From Anaerolineales bacterium (GTDB lineage: Bacteria > Chloroflexota > Anaerolineae > Anaerolineales > UBA11579): DNA of 64,000 bases. Location: the NCBI GenBank assembly GCA_020059485.1, contig JAGVCA010000016.1, forward strand, positions 51,890-115,889. Direction: 5' to 3'. Under the pieces are notes generated by a model. That model had not been told where the DNA came from. It saw only the letters and a list, made by a program, of their open reading frames with translations, and did not search any database. The translations under genes and the position numbers were made by a program. This document shows, one piece after another, positions 55,968 through 64,000 of this stretch (positions are counted from its first letter, which is position 1; each line of letters begins with the position of its first letter).

Positions 55968-58900
55968 ATGCAGGAACCCAACCGCGTACGCGCTAATGAT
56001 GAAGATAGCGGCCTGTTTGTGCCCAAAGTGCCCAGCGCGATTCGCCGGGTAGCCTCCTTTGCTGCCGTCCGTCTGCTAACTATCGGCGCGACCATCATAG
56101 TCGGTGTGTTCATCGCCATCGTCGTCGCTAATAAGGGCGACGGGATCGATGTCAGCATGCAGGATAAGCTCCAGGATCAGGCCCGGCGCGAATCTTTCCT
56201 TTATATTGTTCCAGAAAATTATGATGAACGTGAGCGCATCATCCAGGAGCGCTATCAGGAACTCGCCGAGGAATACGGCCTGTACGATCCCTTCATCAAG
56301 AAGCATATCCGCTGGACGGCTCGCGCCTTGACGCTCGATTTCGGCGACGCCGTTTTTACCAATATCCGCTCAGCCTGGAACCGGCAGCAAGACCGGGACG
56401 ACCTCCGCAGCATCCTGCTCGAACGCATGCCCAACACAATGGCACTGGTTGGCCTGGCCGACTTTCTGGTGTTTGTGGTCGGCATCCCTTTGGCGCTCAA
56501 CCTCTCGCGCAACTACGGCGGCTGGTTCGATAAGCTCCTCAACATCCTCTCACCGCTCTCATCCGTGCCCAGTTGGGTGCACGGCGTCCTGCTGATCCTG
56601 ATCTTCGCGGTCACCTTCAGGCTGCTGCCTCCCGGCGGCATGATCGAATCGCCCATGCCCGAAACGCGCCAGGAGATCCTGGCCAGCCGGCTGGAGCACA
56701 TGATCCTCCCCACCCTGGCGATCTTCCTCAGCTTGCTGTTCCAGCTAGTCTATACCTGGCGCAACTACTTCATGATCTACGCCAATGAGGATTATGTCGA
56801 TCTGGCCGTTGCCAAGGGGTTGTCTTCCAGAGTGATCGAGAACAAATACATCCTGCGGCCCGCAATGCCGTATGTCCTGACCAGCTTCGCTCTCACCCTG
56901 GTCAGCTTCTGGCAGATGGCCACCGCGCTGGAAGTCGTATTTAATTGGGACGGTATAGGCCGGCTGTATATCCTCTCTTTGCCGCACTTCTTTGGCGAAA
57001 GCATGTTCCCGGGCGAGGTTGGGCTGACCATCGGTATCGTGGTGATCTTTGCCTACATCCTCGGATTGGTAGTCTTCCTGCTAGATATCGCCTACGCCCT
57101 GGTGGACCCGCGCATCCGGATCGGCGGTCAGCAGCAGCGTCTCCGGCCCACCCGAGCCACCCACCGCCGCCGCTGGAAGCTCAAACCGCTCCGCACCATT
57201 CTGCCGCTGCTCATCGTTGGGATCCTGCTCGGGTTGGGAGCCGGCTGGTGGCTGTGGCCGGCGAAGGCTGTCAGCATTACCCCGGCCGACCTGCGCCCCG
57301 ATCACCAGCTCGAATACACCCGCATGCTGGTCGATTCCTATGCCGTCAATGGCGATAACAGCCTGGCCGCGGCCCGGCTGAACGCCCTCGGCGAGGATGC
57401 CGCCACCTGTCTCGCGACCCTGGCTGAGGTTTCCGCCGAGGACCCCGAAGCCTGGAGCGGTCTGCAGACCTTTGCCATCAATTTTGTCCCCGACGATTCC
57501 GCCTCCCTGCTCGCGCCGCCACCCGCCGACCCGCTGCCCGTGATCCTGAGGCGTTTGGGCGGAGTGCTGGCCCTGGCCGCCGGTGCCGCCCTGCTGATCG
57601 GTGGCGGGTTGTGGCTGGTCTCGCGGGTCATGGACGGCGGCAGCACCCGGCCGGTCAAAGCCCAACGGAAAGTCCGACAGCCAAAGGAGCCAACCGCGCA
57701 CAGTTCGTCCCGGGCTGCCGTCGCCCGTGTGGCTGCCGTCATCAGAGAAATGGCTCGCTATCCCTCGGCGGTTGTCGGGATGGTCATCCTCGGCATCATG
57801 CTCGCCGGGTCGCTGTTTGCCGTCATCCGTTACCCTTACAAGGAGATCGGAGTCAGCTGGTCTGCCGACGCCTCAGAAAACAGCGCCTATGTCCCCCGAA
57901 CCGCGCTACCGACCTGGATCAACTTTTTCCGCCGGAACGACCTGCCTGAAACCATCCGGATCAACAGCGAGATGACGCCCGGGATCAAATCCGTCCAGAT
58001 GCTGGAGAACGGTAACCCAGACTACACTTTCCTGTTTGAGATCGATTACCCCTACGCCGGCTTTCCGACTGAAGGCGTGATTTACGTCAAAACCCGCAAC
58101 ACCATCAAAGAGCCGTTCGCCTCGTTCACCTGGACCACGCCTAGCGGCGAGGTCTACACCTTGAAGAGTGCCGGCTTATCGGATGGCGAACGCTATGCGC
58201 TGGATGACTATATCGACCGCAGGCAGTTTGCCAGCCATCAAGTCGATTACCGTCTGCAGTCAAACGACCTTGATCGTTCAACCCTGTTACAAGGTCTGTT
58301 CATGGACCCGGACGAAGCAGAACCCGGCGCGGTCCCCGGCCGCTACCTGTTGGAAGTCAGGGTGCTGGGATTTGAGCCGGGCACCGACCTGGACCTCGAA
58401 TTGGTGCTGCTCGGACAACTGCATGGCTGGGCCGGGACTGATTTCTACCGCCGTGACCTGTCCGTGCCGCTATTATGGGGGATGCCATTCGCCCTCGGGA
58501 TCGGCTTGTTTGGTGCGTTGCTGACCACAATCGTCTCAATGATGTTCGCTGCCTTCGGTGTCTGGTTCGGCGGCTGGGCCGACAGCCTTGTCCAGCGCAT
58601 CACCGAGGCCAATATGATCCTGCCAGTAGTGGCGATCGCAGTGCTGTTTTATGCCTTTTACGGTGCCAGCCTGTGGGCGATCCTGACCGTGATCGTCGTG
58701 CTGAACGCTTTCGGCAGCCCGACCAAGACTTTCCGGGCAGCCTTCCTGCAGATCAAAGATGCCAGCTATATCGAAGCCGCCCAGGCCTACGGTGCGCCGA
58801 ACCACCGGATTATTATGCGCTATATGATCCCGCGCATCCTCCCTGTGCTGATCCCGCAGCTGGTCACCCTGATCCCTGGATTCATCTTCCTGGAAGCCAC

Positions 58901-59102
58901 CCTGGGGATGTTCAATGTCCATTCCACCCTGCCCACCTGGGGCAAGGTGATCTACGAAGCCCTGTACCATGGCGCAGCCTGGGGCTCCAAATTCTGGGTG
59001 CTTGAGCCGATCGCCCTGCTGCTGCTGACCGGCTTTGCCTTTTCGATGATGGGCTTCGCCCTGGATCGCGTCCTCAACCCGCGCTTGCGGGAGGGGGCGT
59101 GA
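55968..59102 (+). CDS. Fused OppB/DppB-like plus OppC/DppC-like ABC transporter permease (1044 aa)
   Basis: The N-half ends with the LDIAYALVDPRIRIGG signature. The C-half has GTDFYRRDLSVPLLWG, the EAA-loop YIEAAQAYGAPNHRII and an LNPRLR end. About 430 aa of linker carries extra TM helices. Confidence 0.8.
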   Translation: MQEPNRVRANDEDSGLFVPKVPSAIRRVASFAAVRLLTIGATIIVGVFIAIVVANKGDGIDVSMQDKLQDQARRESFLYIVPENYDERERIIQERYQELAEEYGLYDPFIKKHIRWTARALTLDFGDAVFTNIRSAWNRQQDRDDLRSILLERMPNTMALVGLADFLVFVVGIPLALNLSRNYGGWFDKLLNILSPLSSVPSWVHGVLLILIFAVTFRLLPPGGMIESPMPETRQEILASRLEHMILPTLAIFLSLLFQLVYTWRNYFMIYANEDYVDLAVAKGLSSRVIENKYILRPAMPYVLTSFALTLVSFWQMATALEVVFNWDGIGRLYILSLPHFFGESMFPGEVGLTIGIVVIFAYILGLVVFLLDIAYALVDPRIRIGGQQQRLRPTRATHRRRWKLKPLRTILPLLIVGILLGLGAGWWLWPAKAVSITPADLRPDHQLEYTRMLVDSYAVNGDNSLAAARLNALGEDAATCLATLAEVSAEDPEAWSGLQTFAINFVPDDSASLLAPPPADPLPVILRRLGGVLALAAGAALLIGGGLWLVSRVMDGGSTRPVKAQRKVRQPKEPTAHSSSRAAVARVAAVIREMARYPSAVVGMVILGIMLAGSLFAVIRYPYKEIGVSWSADASENSAYVPRTALPTWINFFRRNDLPETIRINSEMTPGIKSVQMLENGNPDYTFLFEIDYPYAGFPTEGVIYVKTRNTIKEPFASFTWTTPSGEVYTLKSAGLSDGERYALDDYIDRRQFASHQVDYRLQSNDLDRSTLLQGLFMDPDEAEPGAVPGRYLLEVRVLGFEPGTDLDLELVLLGQLHGWAGTDFYRRDLSVPLLWGMPFALGIGLFGALLTTIVSMMFAAFGVWFGGWADSLVQRITEANMILPVVAIAVLFYAFYGASLWAILTVIVVLNAFGSPTKTFRAAFLQIKDASYIEAAQAYGAPNHRIIMRYMIPRILPVLIPQLVTLIPGFIFLEATLGMFNVHSTLPTWGKVIYEALYHGAAWGSKFWVLEPIALLLLTGFAFSMMGFALDRVLNPRLREGA

Positions 59103-59176
59103 TCTACAATCGTCATAAAAATGGTAAGATAGCGTTGTCTGATCGACCCATCAATCCCGATTAGAACGAGTCTGCC

Positions 59177-59931
59177 ATGCCAAACCGGTTATCACGCTTT
59201 TTCTCCAGAAAAGATGTGCCTGAAACGCCCGATATTGAGGTTAGTCTGCCACAGGACAGTATGAGAGGAGTAAATAACTATTGGCGGCAGCTCACTCCTG
59301 ACGAGATTGATGCCAACGTTCACCGACACCGGGTTGGCGCAATGTGGGACGAGTTAGGTGAAATCCAATTTCAGTTCATGCTGGCCCAGGGGCTCAAGCC
59401 CGAACACAAATTACTTGATATTGGCTGCGGTTCACTCAGGGGTGAGGTCAGGTTTGTTGAATATTTGTCTCCGGGGAATTACTATGGCCTGGATATCAAC
59501 GCCTCCCTGATCAAGGCGGGGTGGATCGAAATCGACAGGCTAGATGCGCGGGACAAGCATCCAAATCTTCTGTTAAATGACCAATTCCAGTTCTCCGAAT
59601 TTGACGCCCAATTCGATTACGCCCTAGCTTTCTCAGTCTTCACACACCTTTTTAACAATCAAATCCAGCGTTGTCTGGTCGAGTTAAAAAAGGCACTCAA
59701 GCCGGGCGGACAATTCTTCGCCACCTTTTTCGAAGCCCCCAACGTCTCACATCTCGCTCCGCTCAGCCATGATCCCGGGGGATTGTTACCCATTTCGATA
59801 AAGTCCCCTTCCATTACCATCCGGAAAAGATCGATGCTATCGCAAAGTTTGCCGGATTTCAGGTGACGGCTGTGAATGGTTTCGATCACCCCCTGGCACA
59901 AAAGATGTTGACCATCCAACACCGGAACTGA
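59177..59931 (+). pseudogene. Class I SAM-dependent methyltransferase with an apparent frameshift at a C3G5 run
   Basis: Motif I LLDIGCGS. After HDPGG (59768-59782) the frame degenerates. The other frame reads on as IVTHFDKVPFHYHPEKIDAIAKFAGFQVTAVNGFDHPLAQKMLTIQHRN* to 59931. The track ORF ends at 59866. Confidence 0.65.
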
Positions 59932-59967
59932 CCACCATCTCTCTGATTCAATCTGGAGGATCCCACC

Positions 59968-60483
59968 ATGATCGACCTGCTGCGAGACACACTTCCCATC
60001 CTTCAGATCACCCCCGCCCGCTGGACCACCCTGACCGCCATATTGTCCCCCGACCTGCTCGACCGAAAACCCGCTCCGGGTGAGTGGTCCGCCCTGGACT
60101 GCCTGCAGCACCTGGTGGATACCGAGCGCTGGGTCTTCCCGGTGCGGGTGCGCTGCTTCCTGGCCGGGGAGAACTTCCCCGCCTTCGACCCCGACGCCCA
60201 GGGCGAGATCTCGTCCCGGACGAAAACCAGCCACGAACTGGCCACCGAGTTCGCCGCCATGCGGGTGGAGAGCGTCGCCTTGCTGAAAACCCTCACCCCC
60301 GCCGACCTGGAGCGCACCGCCGTGCACGGCGAACTGGGTCCGGTCACCCTGGCCGAGATGCTGGCGGAGTGGGCTGCCCACGACCTGATGCACACCGTCC
60401 AGGCCGAGCGCGCCCTGATGCAGCCTTTCATTCCCGCCAGCGGGCCGTGGGAGGTGTATTTCGAGGACCATCGCCATGCATAA
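59968..60483 (+). CDS. DinB family protein
   Basis: 171 aa with the pattern WSALDCLQHLVDTE...AAHDLMH. Confidence 0.75.
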   Translation: MIDLLRDTLPILQITPARWTTLTAILSPDLLDRKPAPGEWSALDCLQHLVDTERWVFPVRVRCFLAGENFPAFDPDAQGEISSRTKTSHELATEFAAMRVESVALLKTLTPADLERTAVHGELGPVTLAEMLAEWAAHDLMHTVQAERALMQPFIPASGPWEVYFEDHRHA

Positions 60484-61066
60484 ACTCGGTCCGGAACTTG
60501 GTTATCGAAGGCCTGACCTAAGATCAGGCAGAGAGACTTTTCATCAAAAAGGTCATACCCTGGATTTCGACATTCAGTCCTTCTGGCAGTGGGGGTTTTC
60601 CGATCTCCTCAGCAATAGTTTGCGAGGGGTGTTGGCCGAATTTTTGGTTGCCCAGGCATTGGGGCTTGATTTGGCAATGCCGCGGGACGAATGGGGTAGT
60701 TACGACCTGGTTTTACCAGACGGCAGAAAGATCGAAGTCAAAGCTTCAGGTTATTTGCAGAGCTGGCATCAGGACCAATTATCAAAAGTGGTCTTTGATA
60801 TTAAACCAACCCTTGCCTGGGACCCCGCGACGAACAAATTCGAGAAGCGCAAAAAACGGCAATCGGATATCTACATTTTCGCGTTGCTTCAATCCAAAGA
60901 TAAAACCCGCGTTGACCCGATGGATCTTGACCAATGGGCTTTCTATATTCTCCCAACCCAGATATTAGATCAGAAAATGGGCGAGAAAAAATCGGTTTCT
61001 TTGAAGCAGCTTGAAGCACTCACCAGTCCAGTACAATTCGGACATTTGAGAGACCAAATCATTTAA
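60476..61066 (+). CDS. Hypothetical protein with a PD-(D/E)xK nuclease-like core
   Basis: 196 aa. YDLVLPDGRKIEVKAS supplies a D...ExK motif. It overlaps the DinB gene (ATGCATAA). It is visibly AT-richer than its surroundings. Confidence 0.45.
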   Translation: MHKLGPELGYRRPDLRSGRETFHQKGHTLDFDIQSFWQWGFSDLLSNSLRGVLAEFLVAQALGLDLAMPRDEWGSYDLVLPDGRKIEVKASGYLQSWHQDQLSKVVFDIKPTLAWDPATNKFEKRKKRQSDIYIFALLQSKDKTRVDPMDLDQWAFYILPTQILDQKMGEKKSVSLKQLEALTSPVQFGHLRDQII

Positions 61067-61067
61067 A

Positions 61068-61110
61068 CAAAAAAAGCCCCCCGCTGATTTCCCTCTCTTC
61101 AGCGGGGGGC
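61068..61110 (-). terminator. Intrinsic terminator after rsgA
   Basis: Perfect 12-bp stem GCCCCCCGCTGA / TCAGCGGGGGGC with an 11-nt loop and a T-run on the minus strand. Confidence 0.85.
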
Positions 61111-61118
61111 GATTTGGC

Positions 61119-62330
61119 TCATCCCGGCAGGTCTGCCCGTATCTTGAGATACGACTCGTACCGCAGCGGCGAAATCTCCCCCCGCTCCACCGCTGCCTTG
61201 ACGGCACAGTCCGGTTCGTGTTCGTGTGTGCAATCGGAAAAGGCACATTGTCCGAGCAGTTCAGCGAACTCCGGGTAGTAAGCCGAGAGTTCCCTTTTCT
61301 CGAGGAACGCCAGCCCAAACCCCCGGATGCCGGGCGTATCGATCACGGCGCCGCCCTGCGCCAGCGGGTAGAGCGTCGCCAGCGTAGTGGTGTGGCGGCC
61401 CTGGTTGCGGTTGCTGCCGCGCTCGCCCACAGTCAGGGCACGCAGTGCCAATCCGGGCTGGACCTGCGAGAGAAGTGAGGATTTCCCCACCCCCGAAAGC
61501 CCGGCAAACACGGTCACGGCATCCCCCAGCAGTTCCCGCAGCGCGTCGATCCCGACACCGCTCTCGGCGCTGGTCAGCAGCACCTGGTAACCGGCATCTC
61601 GGTATGGCTGCGCCACTTCTTCCAGTTCGGCTGGGTCTTCCACCAGGTCGATCTTGTTGATACAGATGACCGCCTCCAGGCTGCTGCGGGCAGCCGCGAT
61701 CAGATAGCGGTCGATCAGTTCCGGCCAAACGGCCGGCTTGCGCCATGAAGCCACCACCAGCACCCGGTCGACATTCGCCGCCATGATCTGGCGCAGCCCT
61801 TTAGCGCCCTCGTGATGCCGGCGCGCCAGGACGGTTTTACGGGGGAGCACTTTTTCCACCACGCCCTCTCCGGTCCCGGTCCGGGTCACGGCAGCCTGGT
61901 CTCCGGCCACCACCACACTGGTGAATGTGGTCTCCTCGACCAGCAGCGAACGGCGCACCGTGCACTCGATCTCTTCCCCGTCCAGCAGCACGGCGCAGCG
62001 CTCCCCGGCCGCTTCGATCACCAGCGCCTGAGATGTGCCCTCAGGCAGGTCGCTTTCATCCACCGCAGTTGTGTCGCTCGCCTTTTCGATCGACTGGCGG
62101 GCCATCGCTTCCACCACCTTGTGGCGCGATTGGCTCCCCAGCGGCATAACGCGTTCATCCTGGATGAAGCCGGGGGAAGCCCATTCCTCATCCGCCAATT
62201 CTTCCCAGTCGCGCTGGCGCGGTTTGCGCCTGGCCGCGTTGGGCCGCATCCCGCCTTTGCGGGCTTTTTTCAGGCGGTCCTTGCGCTCCTGGATCTGTTG
62301 TCCTTTGTGATATTTTTCCAAGTCAGGCAT
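61119..62330 (-). CDS. rsgA: Ribosome small-subunit-dependent GTPase A with a roughly 100-aa basic N-terminal extension
   Basis: G-motifs NKIDL and GLSGVGKSSL. Zinc knuckle CAFSDCTHEHEPDC. Confidence 0.9.
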   Translation of the reverse strand: MPDLEKYHKGQQIQERKDRLKKARKGGMRPNAARRKPRQRDWEELADEEWASPGFIQDERVMPLGSQSRHKVVEAMARQSIEKASDTTAVDESDLPEGTSQALVIEAAGERCAVLLDGEEIECTVRRSLLVEETTFTSVVVAGDQAAVTRTGTGEGVVEKVLPRKTVLARRHHEGAKGLRQIMAANVDRVLVVASWRKPAVWPELIDRYLIAAARSSLEAVICINKIDLVEDPAELEEVAQPYRDAGYQVLLTSAESGVGIDALRELLGDAVTVFAGLSGVGKSSLLSQVQPGLALRALTVGERGSNRNQGRHTTTLATLYPLAQGGAVIDTPGIRGFGLAFLEKRELSAYYPEFAELLGQCAFSDCTHEHEPDCAVKAAVERGEISPLRYESYLKIRADLPG

Positions 62331-62350
62331 TGTCCTGGTCCTTAATTTAA

Positions 62351-62374
62351 AGTCGTCAGTCTACAGTCGTCAGT
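62351..62374. repeat. Direct repeat AGTCGTCAGT-ctac-AGTCGTCAGT just upstream of the rsgA start
   Basis: Exact 10-bp units at 62351-62360 and 62365-62374. Confidence 0.85.
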
Positions 62375-62468
62375 AAATTCCTTAAGATCACTCTCACCAC
62401 ACTCATCATTCACCTCCTGAGAATCAAAACGGCCCAGCAAGTTTCTCCAGGCCGTTTCCACGATTAAT

Positions 62469-62500
62469 AAAAAAACGGCCGCGGGGTGTGCCCACGGCCG
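62469..62500 (-). terminator. Intrinsic terminator in the gatB-rsgA spacer
   Basis: Minus strand reads CGGCCGTGGG-cacac-CCCGCGGCCG (one G-U pair) followed by T7. Confidence 0.8.
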
Positions 62501-62523
62501 ATAGGTACGCGCTTTCGTTTGCG

Positions 62524-62583
62524 TTATCCTGCCAGCAGGCACACTTCAACAAGGTCCAATGCAATTTCTTTTCGATTTTCCAT
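62524..62583 (-). CDS. Possible 19-codon small ORF
   Basis: Minus strand has AAGGAGG, 10 nt, then ATG. Translation MENRKEIALDLVEVCLLAG*. A candidate promoter TTGCGT-17-TATAGT lies upstream and the terminator lies downstream. It may be coincidental. Confidence 0.25.
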   Translation of the reverse strand: MENRKEIALDLVEVCLLAG

Positions 62584-62701
62584 TAGAAGCGTGCCTCCTT
62601 TCGTTCAGATGGGCAAACTATACCACCATCAATTTCAAAACGCAAGCCGAGAAACTTCTTTCTCAACCTGTTTTAATCGTCAACCGTCTTCTGCCAACTC
62701 C

Positions 62702-64000
62702 TTACCCCTTCAGCAACTCCTCTAGCACCTCGCGCGCCAGGTTCGGATCGGCCTTGCCCTTCGACTCGCGCATCACCTGACCGACGAACCAGCCCATCAG
62801 CCCTTCCTTCCCGCCGCGGAACTTCTCCACGCTGTCCGGATTCTCGGCCACGATCCGCGCCGCGATCTCCCGGATCAGCCCGGTGTCGCTGACCTGCGCC
62901 AGCCCTTCAGCCTCGACGATCTCTTTCGGCGGCTGGCCGGTCTGCTGGACCTTCTCCAGCAGCGCCTTCCCGGTCGGGGTATTGATCGTGTTGGCGTCCA
63001 CCAGTTTGATGATCTCTGCCAGGTAACCAGGCGTGACCTTCAGATCCTTCGCCTCCAGCCCCTGCTCGTTCAGCAGGCGCAGCACATCGTTCATCAGCCA
63101 GTTCGAGACCCGCTTCGGATCCCCGCCGTAGGCCTGGTTGACGCTCTCAAAATAATCCGACAGGCTGCGCTCGCTGGTCAGGATATCGGCGTCATATTCC
63201 GGCAGCCCATACTCGCGGACAAAACGCTCCCGCCGCGCCAGCGGTAGTTCCGGGAAATCTGCCAGGATCGCGGACTCCCAGGCCTCATCCAGGCGCACCA
63301 CCAGCAGGTCCGGCTCCTTGAAATAGCGGTAATCGGCCATCGTCTCTTTCGAGCGCATCTTGCTCAGGCTCTGGGTGTCCTCGTCCCAGTCCAGCGTCCA
63401 GGCCTCGATGGCGTTGCCGGCTTCCACCTCCCTGATCTGCCGGGCGATCTCCTTTTCCACCGCCGTCCGCAGCGACTCGATCGAATTGACATTCTTGATC
63501 TCGGTCTTCTCGTTCAGCCCGGTCTCGCCCTTCAGCCGGATCGAGACATTCGCATCCGCCCGCAGGTGACCTTTTTCCATGTCCGCCTCAGAAATATCCA
63601 GCCAGCGCAGCAACTGCCGCAGGCGGATCAGGTAAGCGGCCACCTCGTCGGCGCTTCGCAGGTCGGGAGCCGTGACCATCTCGATCAGCGGCACCCCGCA
63701 GCGGTTGAAGTCCACCAGCCGGCGGCCGTGCTCGTGTTTGGTCTTGCCGGCGTCCTCTTCCATATGCAGTTTGGTGATCCCCACTTTGCGGGTACCGCCA
63801 TCCGGCAGCGGCAGGTCCATATAGCCACCCAGTGCGATCGGGTGGTCGTTCTGGGTGATCTGGTAGCCCTTCGGCAAGTCGGGATAGAAATAGTTCTTGC
63901 GGTCAAAATACGAATCGCTCTGCACCTCGGCATGCATCGCCTTGGCCAGCAGCACGGCTTTCTCGACCACCGCCCGATTGAGCACCGGCAGCACGCCCGG
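62702..64000 (-). CDS. gatB: Asp/Glu-tRNA amidotransferase subunit B (5' end outside the window)
   Basis: It has DRKNYFYPDLPKGYQITQ and the C-terminal GatB/YqeY domain. The reading frame is open to the window edge. Confidence 0.93.
   Translation of the reverse strand, partial: PGVLPVLNRAVVEKAVLLAKAMHAEVQSDSYFDRKNYFYPDLPKGYQITQNDHPIALGGYMDLPLPDGGTRKVGITKLHMEEDAGKTKHEHGRRLVDFNRCGVPLIEMVTAPDLRSADEVAAYLIRLRQLLRWLDISEADMEKGHLRADANVSIRLKGETGLNEKTEIKNVNSIESLRTAVEKEIARQIREVEAGNAIEAWTLDWDEDTQSLSKMRSKETMADYRYFKEPDLLVVRLDEAWESAILADFPELPLARRERFVREYGLPEYDADILTSERSLSDYFESVNQAYGGDPKRVSNWLMNDVLRLLNEQGLEAKDLKVTPGYLAEIIKLVDANTINTPTGKALLEKVQQTGQPPKEIVEAEGLAQVSDTGLIREIAARIVAENPDSVEKFRGGKEGLMGWFVGQVMRESKGKADPNLAREVLEELLKG

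Noticed and set aside
62528-62544. Minus-strand GTGTGCCTGCTGGCAGG resembles the 3' end of 4.5S/SRP RNA.
   Set aside because: The conserved SRP domain IV motifs (GGAA tetraloop region, AGCAGC-type symmetric loop) are absent from the surrounding sequence.
1-64000. Possibility that the recurrent in-frame stops reflect stop-codon reassignment. The stops are TAA 16025, TGA 18760, TAG 35966, TGA 39838, TGA 43935 and TAG 44004.
   Set aside because: All three stop codons terminate many intact, full-length genes here, for example metG (TAA), znuC (TGA) and uvrC (TAG). Apart from 18760, the affected frames are IS genes or truncated remnants. Only the TGA at 18760 sits at a functionally meaningful Sec-type position.
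1-64000. Search for CRISPR arrays, tRNA and rRNA genes.
   Set aside because: I saw no regularly spaced direct repeats with unique spacers and no rRNA-like conserved blocks. I saw no tRNA T-loop or acceptor signatures in any intergenic gap longer than 75 nt.

Overview
GC-rich bacterial chromosomal segment. Ribosome-binding sites are GGAGG-type and promoters are TTGACA-17-TAnAnT. Gene content looks Chloroflexota/Anaerolineae-like, but taxonomy cannot be settled without a database search. I found no rRNA, tRNA or CRISPR array.

Gene content, start to end:
- A Tad/Flp pilus module (tadB-like, cpaF, REC-cpaE, cpaB) preceded by three tandem promoter-flp-hairpin cassettes that the ORF track missed, plus a DegS/DegU-type two-component pair.
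- Three consecutive polytopic GT-C-like membrane proteins, then rpoD.
- An ISAs1-family IS with an in-frame stop.
- A TAT-lipoprotein CE4-like deacetylase coupled to a sulfotransferase.
- A peroxiredoxin-like gene that is full length only if an in-frame TGA at the first position of the redox UxxC motif is read as selenocysteine.
- metG, preceded by a leaderless Met-codon-rich mini-ORF with a terminator/antiterminator arrangement.
- Two GNATs, an HD-GYP protein, two PAS-GGDEF cyclases, a fourth GT-C protein and uvrC.
- Three tandem paralogues of an uncharacterised secreted Cys/aromatic-rich protein.
- An internally repeated membrane protein and pncC.
- A zur-znuA-znuC-[IS200/IS605 with intact tnpB and decayed tnpA]-znuB locus.
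- pepF, a GH13 glucosidase and a CPT-like kinase.
- A tungsten-type aldehyde:ferredoxin oxidoreductase behind a densely structured about 150-nt element.
- An HExxH protease with a C-terminal sorting-like tail and a fused OppB-OppC permease.
- A frameshifted methyltransferase, a DinB plus PD-(D/E)xK-like pair, rsgA and partial gatB.
- Several decayed gene remnants.

Many long ORFs in the track are antisense artefacts of the high GC content.

Most interesting candidates: the metG leader/attenuator, the selenoprotein, the triplicated flp cassettes, the secreted paralogue family, the TnpB element splitting the zinc-uptake operon, and the structured element upstream of the AOR gene.
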